39,494 nucleotides of DNA, taken from positions 1 through 39,494 of the IMG/VR virus record IMGVR_UViG_3300044580_000264; one strand, 5' to 3'. The position numbers were made by a program, and so were the translations under genes. Shown in pieces: positions 1 through 7,931 of the stretch. The notes under the pieces are model-generated. The model worked only from the letters and a program-made list of their open reading frames with translations. It did no database searches and had not been told where the DNA came from. This stretch comes from a virus (lineage: Duplodnaviria > Caudoviricetes). Each line of letters begins with the position of its first letter. Position 1 is the first letter of the stretch.

Positions 1-39
1 TCAAAACATACTTATAACCTTTGGCTTCTGCGTGTTTTC
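1..39. repeat. Terminal direct repeat, copy 1 (circular contig overlap)
   Basis: tcaaaacatacttataacctttggcttctgcgtgttttc at 1-39 is identical to 39456-39494, and an ORF reads in frame across the join. Confidence 0.95.
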
Positions 40-289
40 TCAACCTGTCTTTCTGGCGTTCAAGATTTTCTTTTTGCTTGGCTGTAGAGCATCTGGCGTA
101 AATCACCGTAACCTTTTCTTGTTTCTCTTCCTCAACACCCATAAAAGCATCTAAATCTTCCTGACGAAAACGTCTATGTTCACCAGTAGTTTTGAAAGAG
201 TTTATCTTTCCGTTGTTGGCAAGCGTCTTGAGAGTGTTGATTGACACACCAAGATACTCGCTTGCTTCTGTGATTTTATAGATTTTCAT
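1..289 (-). CDS. tnpA: IS607-family serine recombinase (TnpA-like), N-terminal part; continues across the circular junction to 39127 (205 aa in total)
   Basis: Translated by hand from ATG 289: MKIYKITEASEYLGVSINTLKTL...GEHRRF (MerR-like HTH), then VIYARCSTAKQKENLERQ (catalytic Ser motif). In frame with ORF 39127..39459. Confidence 0.9.
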   Translation of the reverse strand, partial: MKIYKITEASEYLGVSINTLKTLANNGKINSFKTTGEHRRFRQEDLDAFMGVEEEKQEKVTVIYARCSTAKQKENLERQKDRLRKHAEAKGYKYVL

Positions 290-855
290 TTAACTAATAC
301 TCCCCATTGGGAAGCCATCGCCTTTGCTATACCAATAAAAGTCTTTGACCGTAAGGCTGCTCTTTCTGGAGATGGAGCCATTTTCCAGATTCTTTGTTCC
401 CTACCTTCAACAACATTGGTAGGTTTTAACTTTGGAAGATCGTTAATCCAGAGGCACGTTGCTTTTGTTTCACCATGTCCGAATTGCCAGGGTTGTATAA
501 TTTGATCAGGTTTTCTAAACTTACTGGACATAATTCCGATTGGATTCTCTATCGCCCATTTGCAACGCAATCGAGTGAACTGAATAAAAAAATCAATCGA
601 CTTTTGTTGCCTGCCGTCTGCTTGCTTTTCTGCAAACCATCTCGCACCCGACACAGCCAAATCAGTACATGGTGGGAATGCAATAATCATGTCCCATTCC
701 TTTTCAAGCAATGGCGTTACATCTCCCTGTATGTGCCATTCTGGATGACCACCTGAACATGGCTCTATATCACATGAGTAGGCTTCAACGCCTAATGCTC
801 GCATCTCTTTTGTTACCGCCTGTGATTCCTCACAAGCAATTAGAACTTTTCCCAT
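286..855 (-). CDS. Compact phage DNA (cytosine-5) methyltransferase
   Basis: VLIACEES (motif I variant), AFPPCT (catalytic PC), IENP, QPWQFGH, C-terminal RSKTFxGIAxAMAxQW. Confidence 0.85.
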   Translation of the reverse strand: MGKVLIACEESQAVTKEMRALGVEAYSCDIEPCSGGHPEWHIQGDVTPLLEKEWDMIIAFPPCTDLAVSGARWFAEKQADGRQQKSIDFFIQFTRLRCKWAIENPIGIMSSKFRKPDQIIQPWQFGHGETKATCLWINDLPKLKPTNVVEGREQRIWKMAPSPERAALRSKTFIGIAKAMASQWGVLVK

Positions 856-1000
856 CTTTCAACCCCTTAACTATTTTCTCGTTTGCGTCCACAATCTTCT
901 GCATAGCCTCAACGGATATTTCTTTTTCCAAAGGCTTAAAGAAATAAACCTTCTCATCCTCTGTCTGGAAATACTCTTTGGTTACTTTGATTACTTTCAT
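830..1000 (-). CDS. Small hypothetical protein (56 aa, MKVIKVTKEYFQ...), not in the ORF track
   Basis: AAGGAG RBS before ATG 1000, candidate TTGCTT-17-TACATT promoter upstream, and overlap with the MTase start. Confidence 0.65.
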   Translation of the reverse strand: MKVIKVTKEYFQTEDEKVYFFKPLEKEISVEAMQKIVDANEKIVKGLKDGKSSNCL

Positions 1001-1079
1001 TTTTCACTCCTTAAATGTACTACATTTTGGGTTAAAAAGCAAGTGATTTTAACCGATTTCTTTTGATTTTGGCGGATTT

Positions 1080-2123
1080 TCATAAGCAGTTAAAACCTCC
1101 TTCTTTTATTATTATTTTTTCTATCACAAGTGATAAAAGTTTCTTCGCTATATCTTCATCAGTTGATTCTTCCGGGAAACATAAGTAATATGGTATTCCA
1201 TGCTTACGCTCCCGTGTGTCGACAACAGGAAAATCACCAAATTTATTAGTAAAACATATTCCTCTATCTTTTTTTATGCTGGATAATTTAATTGTTTTTC
1301 TAATTGGGAGGTAATAATTTTCGGCAATTTCCATTGCAATATTTTGAGCTTCGATAGACCATGATTCGCTGTACTCGAATATGATTTCCCATTCTTCTTC
1401 TGAACACCACGCCGCAACTACATCATCTTGATACGATATAGTATCTACATATTCATCGGCAAATGTAACATAGTAGCGAGCTTCATCTTTTGTCAATCCA
1501 CAATATTCTACGAGCTCCTTCTCCAAATTTTCACCAACAACAAATTCATATTCTCTATAATATTTTTCAACCACAGTTTTTGCAACTTTGAAAAACAATG
1601 TTGCGATTTTTTCGTTCCTCAAAACGCCAGCTGGTGTGCTTCTATATTCAAAACCATGAGGCTGGCATCGGTATGCACTCAGTTGCGCATAGTCACTATC
1701 ACATCTTGCTTCGCCGTTTAATTTCCAGAATGGCTTCGCAAGGAAGTAATCAAGAAGCCATAATAGGTCGTCTGTTGGTTTTGTAGATTTTCCAATCCCG
1801 AAATGAATATGGCAACCAACAGCATATTCATTCCCTGCTACTGATAATTTGACATCAACCTGCTGCAATAATTCTTTTATATTTTTTACCAATCCTTCAG
1901 CCGTTTCGCTTGGATTTGGTCTCAATTCAAATTGCTTGCCACTACCATCTATCCCTATCTGCGAATTGCGTGGGTCATCATAATCAATGCAATTGCTTCC
2001 GCAATCATCAGCACTGATTGGATCTCCATCTTCAGACAAAACCTCAAATTCAGGGTCAGTACCAATGAGTATAGTTTGATTTGTCTCATCGTTTACCATT
2101 ATTCCTTTTATTCTTTTTTTCAT
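1080..2123 (-). CDS. phiEco32-like COOH-NH2 ligase (putative amidoligase)
   Basis: IGTDPEF, GIDG...ELRPNP, GCHIHFG and YRxQPHGFEYRS motifs; AGGAG RBS. Confidence 0.8.
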   Translation of the reverse strand: MKKRIKGIMVNDETNQTILIGTDPEFEVLSEDGDPISADDCGSNCIDYDDPRNSQIGIDGSGKQFELRPNPSETAEGLVKNIKELLQQVDVKLSVAGNEYAVGCHIHFGIGKSTKPTDDLLWLLDYFLAKPFWKLNGEARCDSDYAQLSAYRCQPHGFEYRSTPAGVLRNEKIATLFFKVAKTVVEKYYREYEFVVGENLEKELVEYCGLTKDEARYYVTFADEYVDTISYQDDVVAAWCSEEEWEIIFEYSESWSIEAQNIAMEIAENYYLPIRKTIKLSSIKKDRGICFTNKFGDFPVVDTRERKHGIPYYLCFPEESTDEDIAKKLLSLVIEKIIIKEGGFNCL

Positions 2124-2164
2124 TTTCTTTTCTCCTTTTTTTTATTATCAAATCTTATATTAAC

Positions 2165-2193
2165 AATATACATATACATATATGATTTGTCAA
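2165..2193 (-). promoter_or_regulatory. Sigma70-type promoter of the amidoligase gene
   Basis: TTGACA (2193-2188), 17 bp spacer, TATATT (2170-2165). Confidence 0.7.
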
Positions 2194-2260
2194 GTATTTT
2201 TTTCATTTTTTTTAAAAAAAATTAAATTTTTTTATTGTGACAATATTTAAGTTTTTGTCA

Positions 2261-2563
2261 CTATTCATTCATCGCAATTGCTAAATTTGCGTAATAAACT
2301 GCTTTTTCTATATTGTCGATTGACTTTGATTTTTCTATCGAATCAGGACAATTTGTCTCTACAATATCAGCAAGCTTTTTTGCCATATTTTTAATTTCTT
2401 CATATCGTCGAAGTTGCTCTTCATTCCGCAATTGTATTAGAGCCGGCGTTTTATAAATGTGTTTTTTCTTTTCGACATCGCCTTCATTAATAAACATTAT
2501 AAAAGTCATAACGACAATTATCACACACATAATCAAAAATCCAATTTTATCTTCTTCCCACAT
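2261..2563 (-). CDS. N-terminal TM helix fused to an Acb2/Tad1-like helical hairpin domain
   Basis: Hydrophobic IGFLIMCVIIVVMTFIMFI; C-terminal YEEIKNMAKKLADIVETNCPDSIEKSKSIDNIEKAVYYANLAIA resembles the CPxSREKSxAxxxLEEAxMWANAAIA pattern. Confidence 0.6.
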   Translation of the reverse strand: MWEEDKIGFLIMCVIIVVMTFIMFINEGDVEKKKHIYKTPALIQLRNEEQLRRYEEIKNMAKKLADIVETNCPDSIEKSKSIDNIEKAVYYANLAIAMNE

Positions 2564-2582
2564 TTTTTTATCTCCTTATTTT

Positions 2583-3404
2583 TTAAAATATATTTATTGT
2601 ATTGCATGTATTTAAAGATGTACCACGTTTTATATGATACTTGATATTATGTTTATTGCAAAATGCTATAACTTTCGCAGACATTTCATTATAAAAATCA
2701 TCGCTATTTTTAGCAATCTTATTATAATTTAATTTTCCGAAAATTATCTTATTTACGAATTCTATCTTCTCAAAAATATTATCTATGTTACTGGCCGTTT
2801 CATCCAGGGCAGGAGTAGGGTATGGCTCCATACTCACCCATGTTTTAAGACCAGCCTGAGACAACATTTTCAATGAATTAATTCTATCTTCATAATTTGC
2901 CGCATATGGTTCGTATTCTTTTTTGAAATCATTATTCAACGAAACCAATGTAATGCCATACTCATTCCCTTGCAAAAATCTTTGCCTATCTAAAATCTCT
3001 TCGGGATAAATACCCTTTGTTAATGTTGTTACTCTAATGCCTTCTTTGTTTAATTTTTCTATTATTTGAAGTGTTAGTTCTTTAATTCCGGGTACTAATT
3101 CTTTATTTTCAAAATCATACATAAATGGATCTGACATAAAACAAAGATGGACAAAATCAATTTGAGATTTATATTTTGGTATTTCTTTTTCTAATAATTC
3201 TAATGCATTTGAAACAATTTTAGGTTTTCTCCAATCTTCATAATTTTTAACCCAGCCAAATTTTTTTGCCATCATCATTGCATAGCATGGAAATTTACAT
3301 CCGTGCATACAGCCAGTTATATGGTTAATAGTCCAATCGCCATACTCAACTTTAGTTTTGTATAAAAGAGACTTTCTGCTAATCGTTGTTATATCTGTTT
3401 TCAT
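2583..3404 (-). CDS. Radical SAM protein (spore-photoproduct-lyase-like or phage Gp37/68-related)
   Basis: INHITGCMHGCKFPCYA three-Cys motif, MSDPF, LTKG, TWVSMEP. Confidence 0.8.
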   Translation of the reverse strand: MKTDITTISRKSLLYKTKVEYGDWTINHITGCMHGCKFPCYAMMMAKKFGWVKNYEDWRKPKIVSNALELLEKEIPKYKSQIDFVHLCFMSDPFMYDFENKELVPGIKELTLQIIEKLNKEGIRVTTLTKGIYPEEILDRQRFLQGNEYGITLVSLNNDFKKEYEPYAANYEDRINSLKMLSQAGLKTWVSMEPYPTPALDETASNIDNIFEKIEFVNKIIFGKLNYNKIAKNSDDFYNEMSAKVIAFCNKHNIKYHIKRGTSLNTCNTINIF

Positions 3405-3417
3405 ATTTTTTTAACCT

Positions 3418-5841
3418 CTAAAACGGTATCACGTCATCATCATTATCATTTTCTTCTATTATATTGCTGTCACTATCGCTATCGTCTAATTTAATTCTAA
3501 CGATGTCACCGTCTCTGGTGTGTACGAATGTTATCCTGTCTTCAAGCTTTAATTTCTCGTAGAAATTGTTCCTACCATACGCAGTCCGCTTTTCTTCGAC
3601 ACACCAATCGCTATACATGTCATATAACACCTTCGGTCGATACGAATCAACCGACCCGCAGTAAATTTCTTCATGTAAAAATTGCGTAATGCTGCTACTG
3701 CTAATTACCCACTCGCTTCGTTCGTTCTCAACCCACTGCGGTGTGATGAAATCGAAATTGTTTTGTATTAGCAACTCAATACCACGCAAAGCAAATCCTA
3801 AAATCGCCGGGCGCTCATCGAATTTTTTGTCTTTATGATTGCCACTCTCTTCGCCTTTTTTCTTTAATCCACAAATTTTCTCAAGAAGGTAAACATCGGG
3901 ATTTTTAATTTTTTTCTTGTAGGGTATATAGACCAGTCTTCGCTCCAATCCTTCAGTACCGCCGGCGACGCTGAACGCATGATTGGAAATGAAAAACATA
4001 GCAACACTTATCCTCACGCCTTTGATTGCATCTTTATTTTTTTTCTCTATCGTTATATTCCTTTGCCCGGAATAATTTTTGATAAAATCGTCTGGCAGTG
4101 CAAGGTTTGCTTTCACATCATCATCAACGAAAATTTTAGCGCCCCATAAATCAGAAGAAGCAAATCTGTTATCCATATCTTTTATACGCCGTGAGACGAA
4201 AAATTCACTACCGATTAATGTTTGCAACAATTCAATAAAAAAAGATTTGCCAGTGTTCTGCCCGCCGTAAAGAGCAAAAAATCGGGGCTTGCGCTTGACG
4301 GGATTTATACAATAAGCGATTACCTGCGAAAAAAAATCTATTGTTTTATTGAGTTCGTTTTCATAATCATCGCAATCAATCGGCACAAGTGATTTAATGT
4401 AATGATAAAATGCCGGCGCCATTTCAGACAAATCTCTTCTATTATATAATTCTATATCAAAATCAAAATCAAGGCAATGCAAAGGATACAATTCCCTGAA
4501 ATAATCTTCGCCTTTTTCCTGTCTACTGTGGAATATAAATCCGTCGTCGGTAATTTCGACCGCGCCATTCCTGACATGAATGTAAGGTTTCAATGCGCTA
4601 TCTTTAAACGGATTGCTTGAGTAAAATTTTCGTGAATATCTGCTCAAGAATGATATTGTATTCTGTATGTATGTATGTACTGCTTTATCGCTATTGTTTA
4701 AAAATTCGATAAGATTTATTTCAATCCACTTCTGTATATCACTTTCAATATTTATTTTTAGCCGTTCTTGCCAATAATGCTTTTTCTCATCATAGACATA
4801 AAATATTCCATCAATCTGTTCGAGATTGTCATCACCATACAGCGACTTGCGCGCCACATGGAATGCGTCATATGGCGTCATCAGCGATTCTATTCTTTCC
4901 TGCTCTTTTTCTTCTATTATATTAGCATGTATAAATTCTATAATATCAATGCCTTCATCTATCGCATCAACTATATCCCAGCCATCTTTTTTATTTACCA
5001 CATTTATCAATTTCGCAGACGGTATTTTTTCCAGTATGATTTTCGCAGCCTTCTGTCCTACCTCGTCAGCGTCAGGCCATATATAAACTTCTCTATCATC
5101 AAGTATACTAAAATCAATTTTGCTAACATTGCCCGTTCCACCTAACCATGTGACAACAACGAATCCTTCAACTTCAACATTCGCGCATTTCTCACCTTCA
5201 ACTATCAGTACCTTAAGTTTATTTTCTCTTAATTTATTTTCATGGAACAATGGTATGCGGACATTATCAGGGCGCCCAGGCACCCATCCTTTGCTCGTAT
5301 AATAGAATGGAATAGTGCTTTTTTCTTTTTTCTTTTTTCCTATATCTTTCTCGTAGCGACAAACGCATAGTATCAGTTCGCCTTCATAGTTGCGGTACGG
5401 ATATATCGCTACTGGTTCGCCGTATGTATCTATAAAATATTGTTCTTTAACTTTTTCGGCGAGTTCGTTTTTTGCATTTTCTGGAACAGGTATTATCGCT
5501 TCTTCTTTTTTCTTTTTTTCTTTTTTTTCGCTCGCATCAGGCATAACACCACCACTGTCAGCTATTATTTTTTTTGCAGCTTCGACTTTTGAAATGTTAA
5601 AAGCTCTTGCGACAAGGTCAAAAAAATTTCCACCTTCGCCAGTAGCTTTGTCGTGCCACAATCCAGTGTTGACGTTTATACTAAACGTTCCGCTTTTGAC
5701 GTGTTCATCACGACGCAACGGTGATAATGTAGCATACTCACCACTCGTCGCAATATACTTTGCGTCTTTAGCGCTAAAATAACGTTCAATTAAACGTAGC
5801 GATATGCACCTCTGCGCCTGCTCGAAAATATCAGATTGCAT
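3418..5841 (-). CDS. Primase-helicase (Toprim plus SF3 helicase, P4 alpha/D5-like)
   Basis: IVEGEK and IWPDAD Toprim motifs, Walker A GGQNTGKS, FVDDD Walker B, SNH motif C, ERRL. Confidence 0.9.
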   Translation of the reverse strand: MQSDIFEQAQRCISLRLIERYFSAKDAKYIATSGEYATLSPLRRDEHVKSGTFSINVNTGLWHDKATGEGGNFFDLVARAFNISKVEAAKKIIADSGGVMPDASEKKEKKKKEEAIIPVPENAKNELAEKVKEQYFIDTYGEPVAIYPYRNYEGELILCVCRYEKDIGKKKKEKSTIPFYYTSKGWVPGRPDNVRIPLFHENKLRENKLKVLIVEGEKCANVEVEGFVVVTWLGGTGNVSKIDFSILDDREVYIWPDADEVGQKAAKIILEKIPSAKLINVVNKKDGWDIVDAIDEGIDIIEFIHANIIEEKEQERIESLMTPYDAFHVARKSLYGDDNLEQIDGIFYVYDEKKHYWQERLKINIESDIQKWIEINLIEFLNNSDKAVHTYIQNTISFLSRYSRKFYSSNPFKDSALKPYIHVRNGAVEITDDGFIFHSRQEKGEDYFRELYPLHCLDFDFDIELYNRRDLSEMAPAFYHYIKSLVPIDCDDYENELNKTIDFFSQVIAYCINPVKRKPRFFALYGGQNTGKSFFIELLQTLIGSEFFVSRRIKDMDNRFASSDLWGAKIFVDDDVKANLALPDDFIKNYSGQRNITIEKKNKDAIKGVRISVAMFFISNHAFSVAGGTEGLERRLVYIPYKKKIKNPDVYLLEKICGLKKKGEESGNHKDKKFDERPAILGFALRGIELLIQNNFDFITPQWVENERSEWVISSSSITQFLHEEIYCGSVDSYRPKVLYDMYSDWCVEEKRTAYGRNNFYEKLKLEDRITFVHTRDGDIVRIKLDDSDSDSNIIEENDNDDDVIPF

Positions 5842-5846
5842 ATCAT

Positions 5847-6020
5847 TTATTTTTTGTTTTCTTTTTTATGTTTGTCAATAATACTTTTGTTTTCCAAAAA
5901 CATTTTTATAAGAGCGATTATTGCATCACTCATCGTAATTCCAACAATCGCAGTTTCAGCCTTAAATTTAGCATGTAATTCTCGTGATATCTGTACAACT
6001 AATCGTTTCTCTTCCATCAT
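5847..6020 (-). CDS. ParG/CopG-like ribbon-helix-helix protein (57 aa), not in the ORF track
   Basis: MMEEKRLVVQISRELHAKFKAETAIVGITMSDAIIALIKMFL; AGGAG RBS; fills the gap before the primase. Confidence 0.7.
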   Translation of the reverse strand: MMEEKRLVVQISRELHAKFKAETAIVGITMSDAIIALIKMFLENKSIIDKHKKENKK

Positions 6021-6036
6021 TGTTCTCCTTCTTCAT

Positions 6037-6336
6037 TTATTGTTGTTGCTTAAAATATTTTGCTTTTACTCTCATTACATCTATCAATGATATATCTTCA
6101 AGCTTGCCAGTTTCGCAATTCATGTATGCATATTCATCGAAAATAATTTTGTCGATATTTTCTTCTTCTTTATAATTCAAAATATTTTTAATTATAAAAA
6201 ATAGAAATAATATATATCCTTCTTTATCTTTTTTTATTTTTGCAAAATAGTACTTCCCTATGTCGATGTCAAAAGACAATTCATATTTTTTCAAAATTGC
6301 AAAGCTTTGCTTCATTTTTTTTCGTGCTGTTTTCAT
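6037..6336 (-). CDS. Hypothetical protein
   Basis: GAGG RBS, first gene after a TTGACG promoter, co-oriented with the replication operon. Confidence 0.6.
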   Translation of the reverse strand: MKTARKKMKQSFAILKKYELSFDIDIGKYYFAKIKKDKEGYILFLFFIIKNILNYKEEENIDKIIFDEYAYMNCETGKLEDISLIDVMRVKAKYFKQQQ

Positions 6337-6365
6337 TCCCCATCACCTCATTCATTAATACAAAA

Positions 6366-6395
6366 TATATACTATAACTTTATACAAATCGTCAA
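6366..6395 (-). promoter_or_regulatory. Candidate promoter of the replication operon
   Basis: TTGACG (6395-6390), 18 bp spacer, TATATA; resembles the promoter at 37530-37557. Confidence 0.45.
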
Positions 6396-6504
6396 CATAA
6401 ATTTTTAACTTACACTAATTTTTTTTCATGCAAATATCGCCTTCTATTTCAGTATTTCATTTTTTACTGTAACACGCTCTCATTCCGACGATTAAGTACT
6501 CGAC

Positions 6505-6890
6505 TTATCCACAATTGTTAATAACTTTTTTTCACGAAAAGTTATCACAAAACCATCACAAAGTTATCACAAATGACACGAAATTATCACATGTACAGCA
6601 TATTTTTTGCAACACATTGTACTTTATGTATATATTGTTTTTAACACATCCTGTGACAACTAAAAAGTGTGATAACTTTGACCCCCTCTGTGATGATTTT
6701 GTGATAACTTTGAAAATGAGATATGATCGCATATTTTGCAATAATTGCCTCTAATAGCCCAGGTGATAATGTGATAACTTTGGCGCCAATTTCTGGGCCG
6801 GAAAGTATTTTTTCTTTTTTTTATAAAAATCACAAAACAAAAAAACATAGGAAAAAGTAATTTTAAAAAAAAGTTATCAAGTTATCACAT
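6505..6890. repeat. Probable replication origin: DnaA box plus direct and inverted TTATCAC(A) iterons
   Basis: TTATCCACA at 6505-6513; about ten (G)TTATCACA/TGTGATAA(C)-like copies near 6541, 6563, 6584, 6668, 6700, 6763, 6771 and 6881; non-coding, next to the primase operon, AT-rich flank. Confidence 0.7.
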
Positions 6891-7130
6891 CATGTATAAA
6901 GTCATTATAATGTTGTAATACACTATACATCAGCTAAAAAAAAATAAAACAACATATTAATATATAATGTCACGTCAAATTCATATTCATATTTATAATA
7001 TTGTTGTTTATTATTATGACATGCAACACTATATGCACACATTTGAGCGCCGGCAGTGGAAAAATTTTTTTATTTTCACCGGGAGTAAAAAAAATTTTTT
7101 GATAATGTTATATATTTTTTTGTATATAAT

Positions 7131-7190
7131 AGGTTCTTCTGGCTGTAGCACGAATATCGAAAAATGGTGCGGCCGCCGCCGATTTCTGCC
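7131..7190 (+). other. Candidate cos/packaging site
   Basis: AGGTTCT (cosQ-like) followed by the GC island GGTGCGGCCGCCGCCG (7166-7181) in AT-rich DNA just upstream of terS; the terminase is lambda gpA-type. Confidence 0.4.
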
Positions 7191-7207
7191 AGCTTCAAAA
7201 ATAAGAG

Positions 7208-7236
7208 TTGACTATAAAAATAAAAAATGATATGAT
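7208..7236 (+). promoter_or_regulatory. Promoter of the terminase genes
   Basis: TTGACT-17-TATGAT upstream of an AGGTGA RBS. Confidence 0.6.
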
Positions 7237-7256
7237 AAAAGTATAACAATAAAAAG

Positions 7257-7931
7257 GTGATGTATATGCTAATAAGTATGGCAGATGCCGCAAAAAGATT
7301 AGGAATAACACGACAAGCTATTGATAATTTGAAAAAAAACAAAAAACCACCACGATTTTTCAAATTGGACAAGAAAACAGGGAAATATAAAATCGACGAT
7401 GAGATGCCAGAATGGCAGGAATTTGAAAAATATTATCAGAAAAATAAAAAATTTTTGACGACGAAAGGTGATTTTGAAAGACGGACGAAAGCGAAAATCA
7501 AAGACATTAAAGACAGTATCGATATGCTCGAAGGAGATGAGCTGGATAGGAAATATGTTGAATCGAAAATGAAAAAGGAAATCTATATTGCTGCAATCAA
7601 TAGAGAGAAAGCGAATCAAGAGAAGATGCGAACATTGGAGATGAAACGGGAATTAGCGCCAATCGACCTGATGAAATATTTTTTTTCGTTTGCAGAAGAT
7701 ATGATACAAAGATTGTATCGGCGACCGCACGAAATAAGCCCGCAGCTTGCAGCGCTCTATATTGCGCATGAAGAAAAAAAAGCAGAACAATTGCTTGTGA
7801 GGGAGATTGAAGGAATAATCGTAGAGACTAAAGAGATGTTGTTGCAGAACATGGAAGAGGAAGGGTTTCGATACAGGAAAAAATTAGAAAAAAATAAAAG
7901 TGCGAATGAGGATGAAAGCGAAGATGGATGA
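7257..7931 (+). CDS. terS: Terminase small subunit
   Basis: N-terminal HTH (SMADAAKRLGITRQAI), coiled coil, overlaps terL. Confidence 0.75.
   Translation: MMYMLISMADAAKRLGITRQAIDNLKKNKKPPRFFKLDKKTGKYKIDDEMPEWQEFEKYYQKNKKFLTTKGDFERRTKAKIKDIKDSIDMLEGDELDRKYVESKMKKEIYIAAINREKANQEKMRTLEMKRELAPIDLMKYFFSFAEDMIQRLYRRPHEISPQLAALYIAHEEKKAEQLLVREIEGIIVETKEMLLQNMEEEGFRYRKKLEKNKSANEDESEDG

Noticed and set aside
1-39. Biological terminal repeat or att site
   Set aside because: It falls mid-gene and is most simply an assembler overlap of a circular contig
2583-3404. NrdG activase for the glycyl-radical mini-protein
   Set aside because: The motifs look SPL-like rather than NrdG-like, and the gene is in a different operon
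6539-6890. CRISPR array or mini-array
   Set aside because: The repeats are only 8-10 bp, occur in both orientations and are irregularly spaced, which fits iterons
6515-7372. ORFs across the origin/cos region
   Set aside because: They have no RBS, translate low-complexity repeats and overlap one another on both strands
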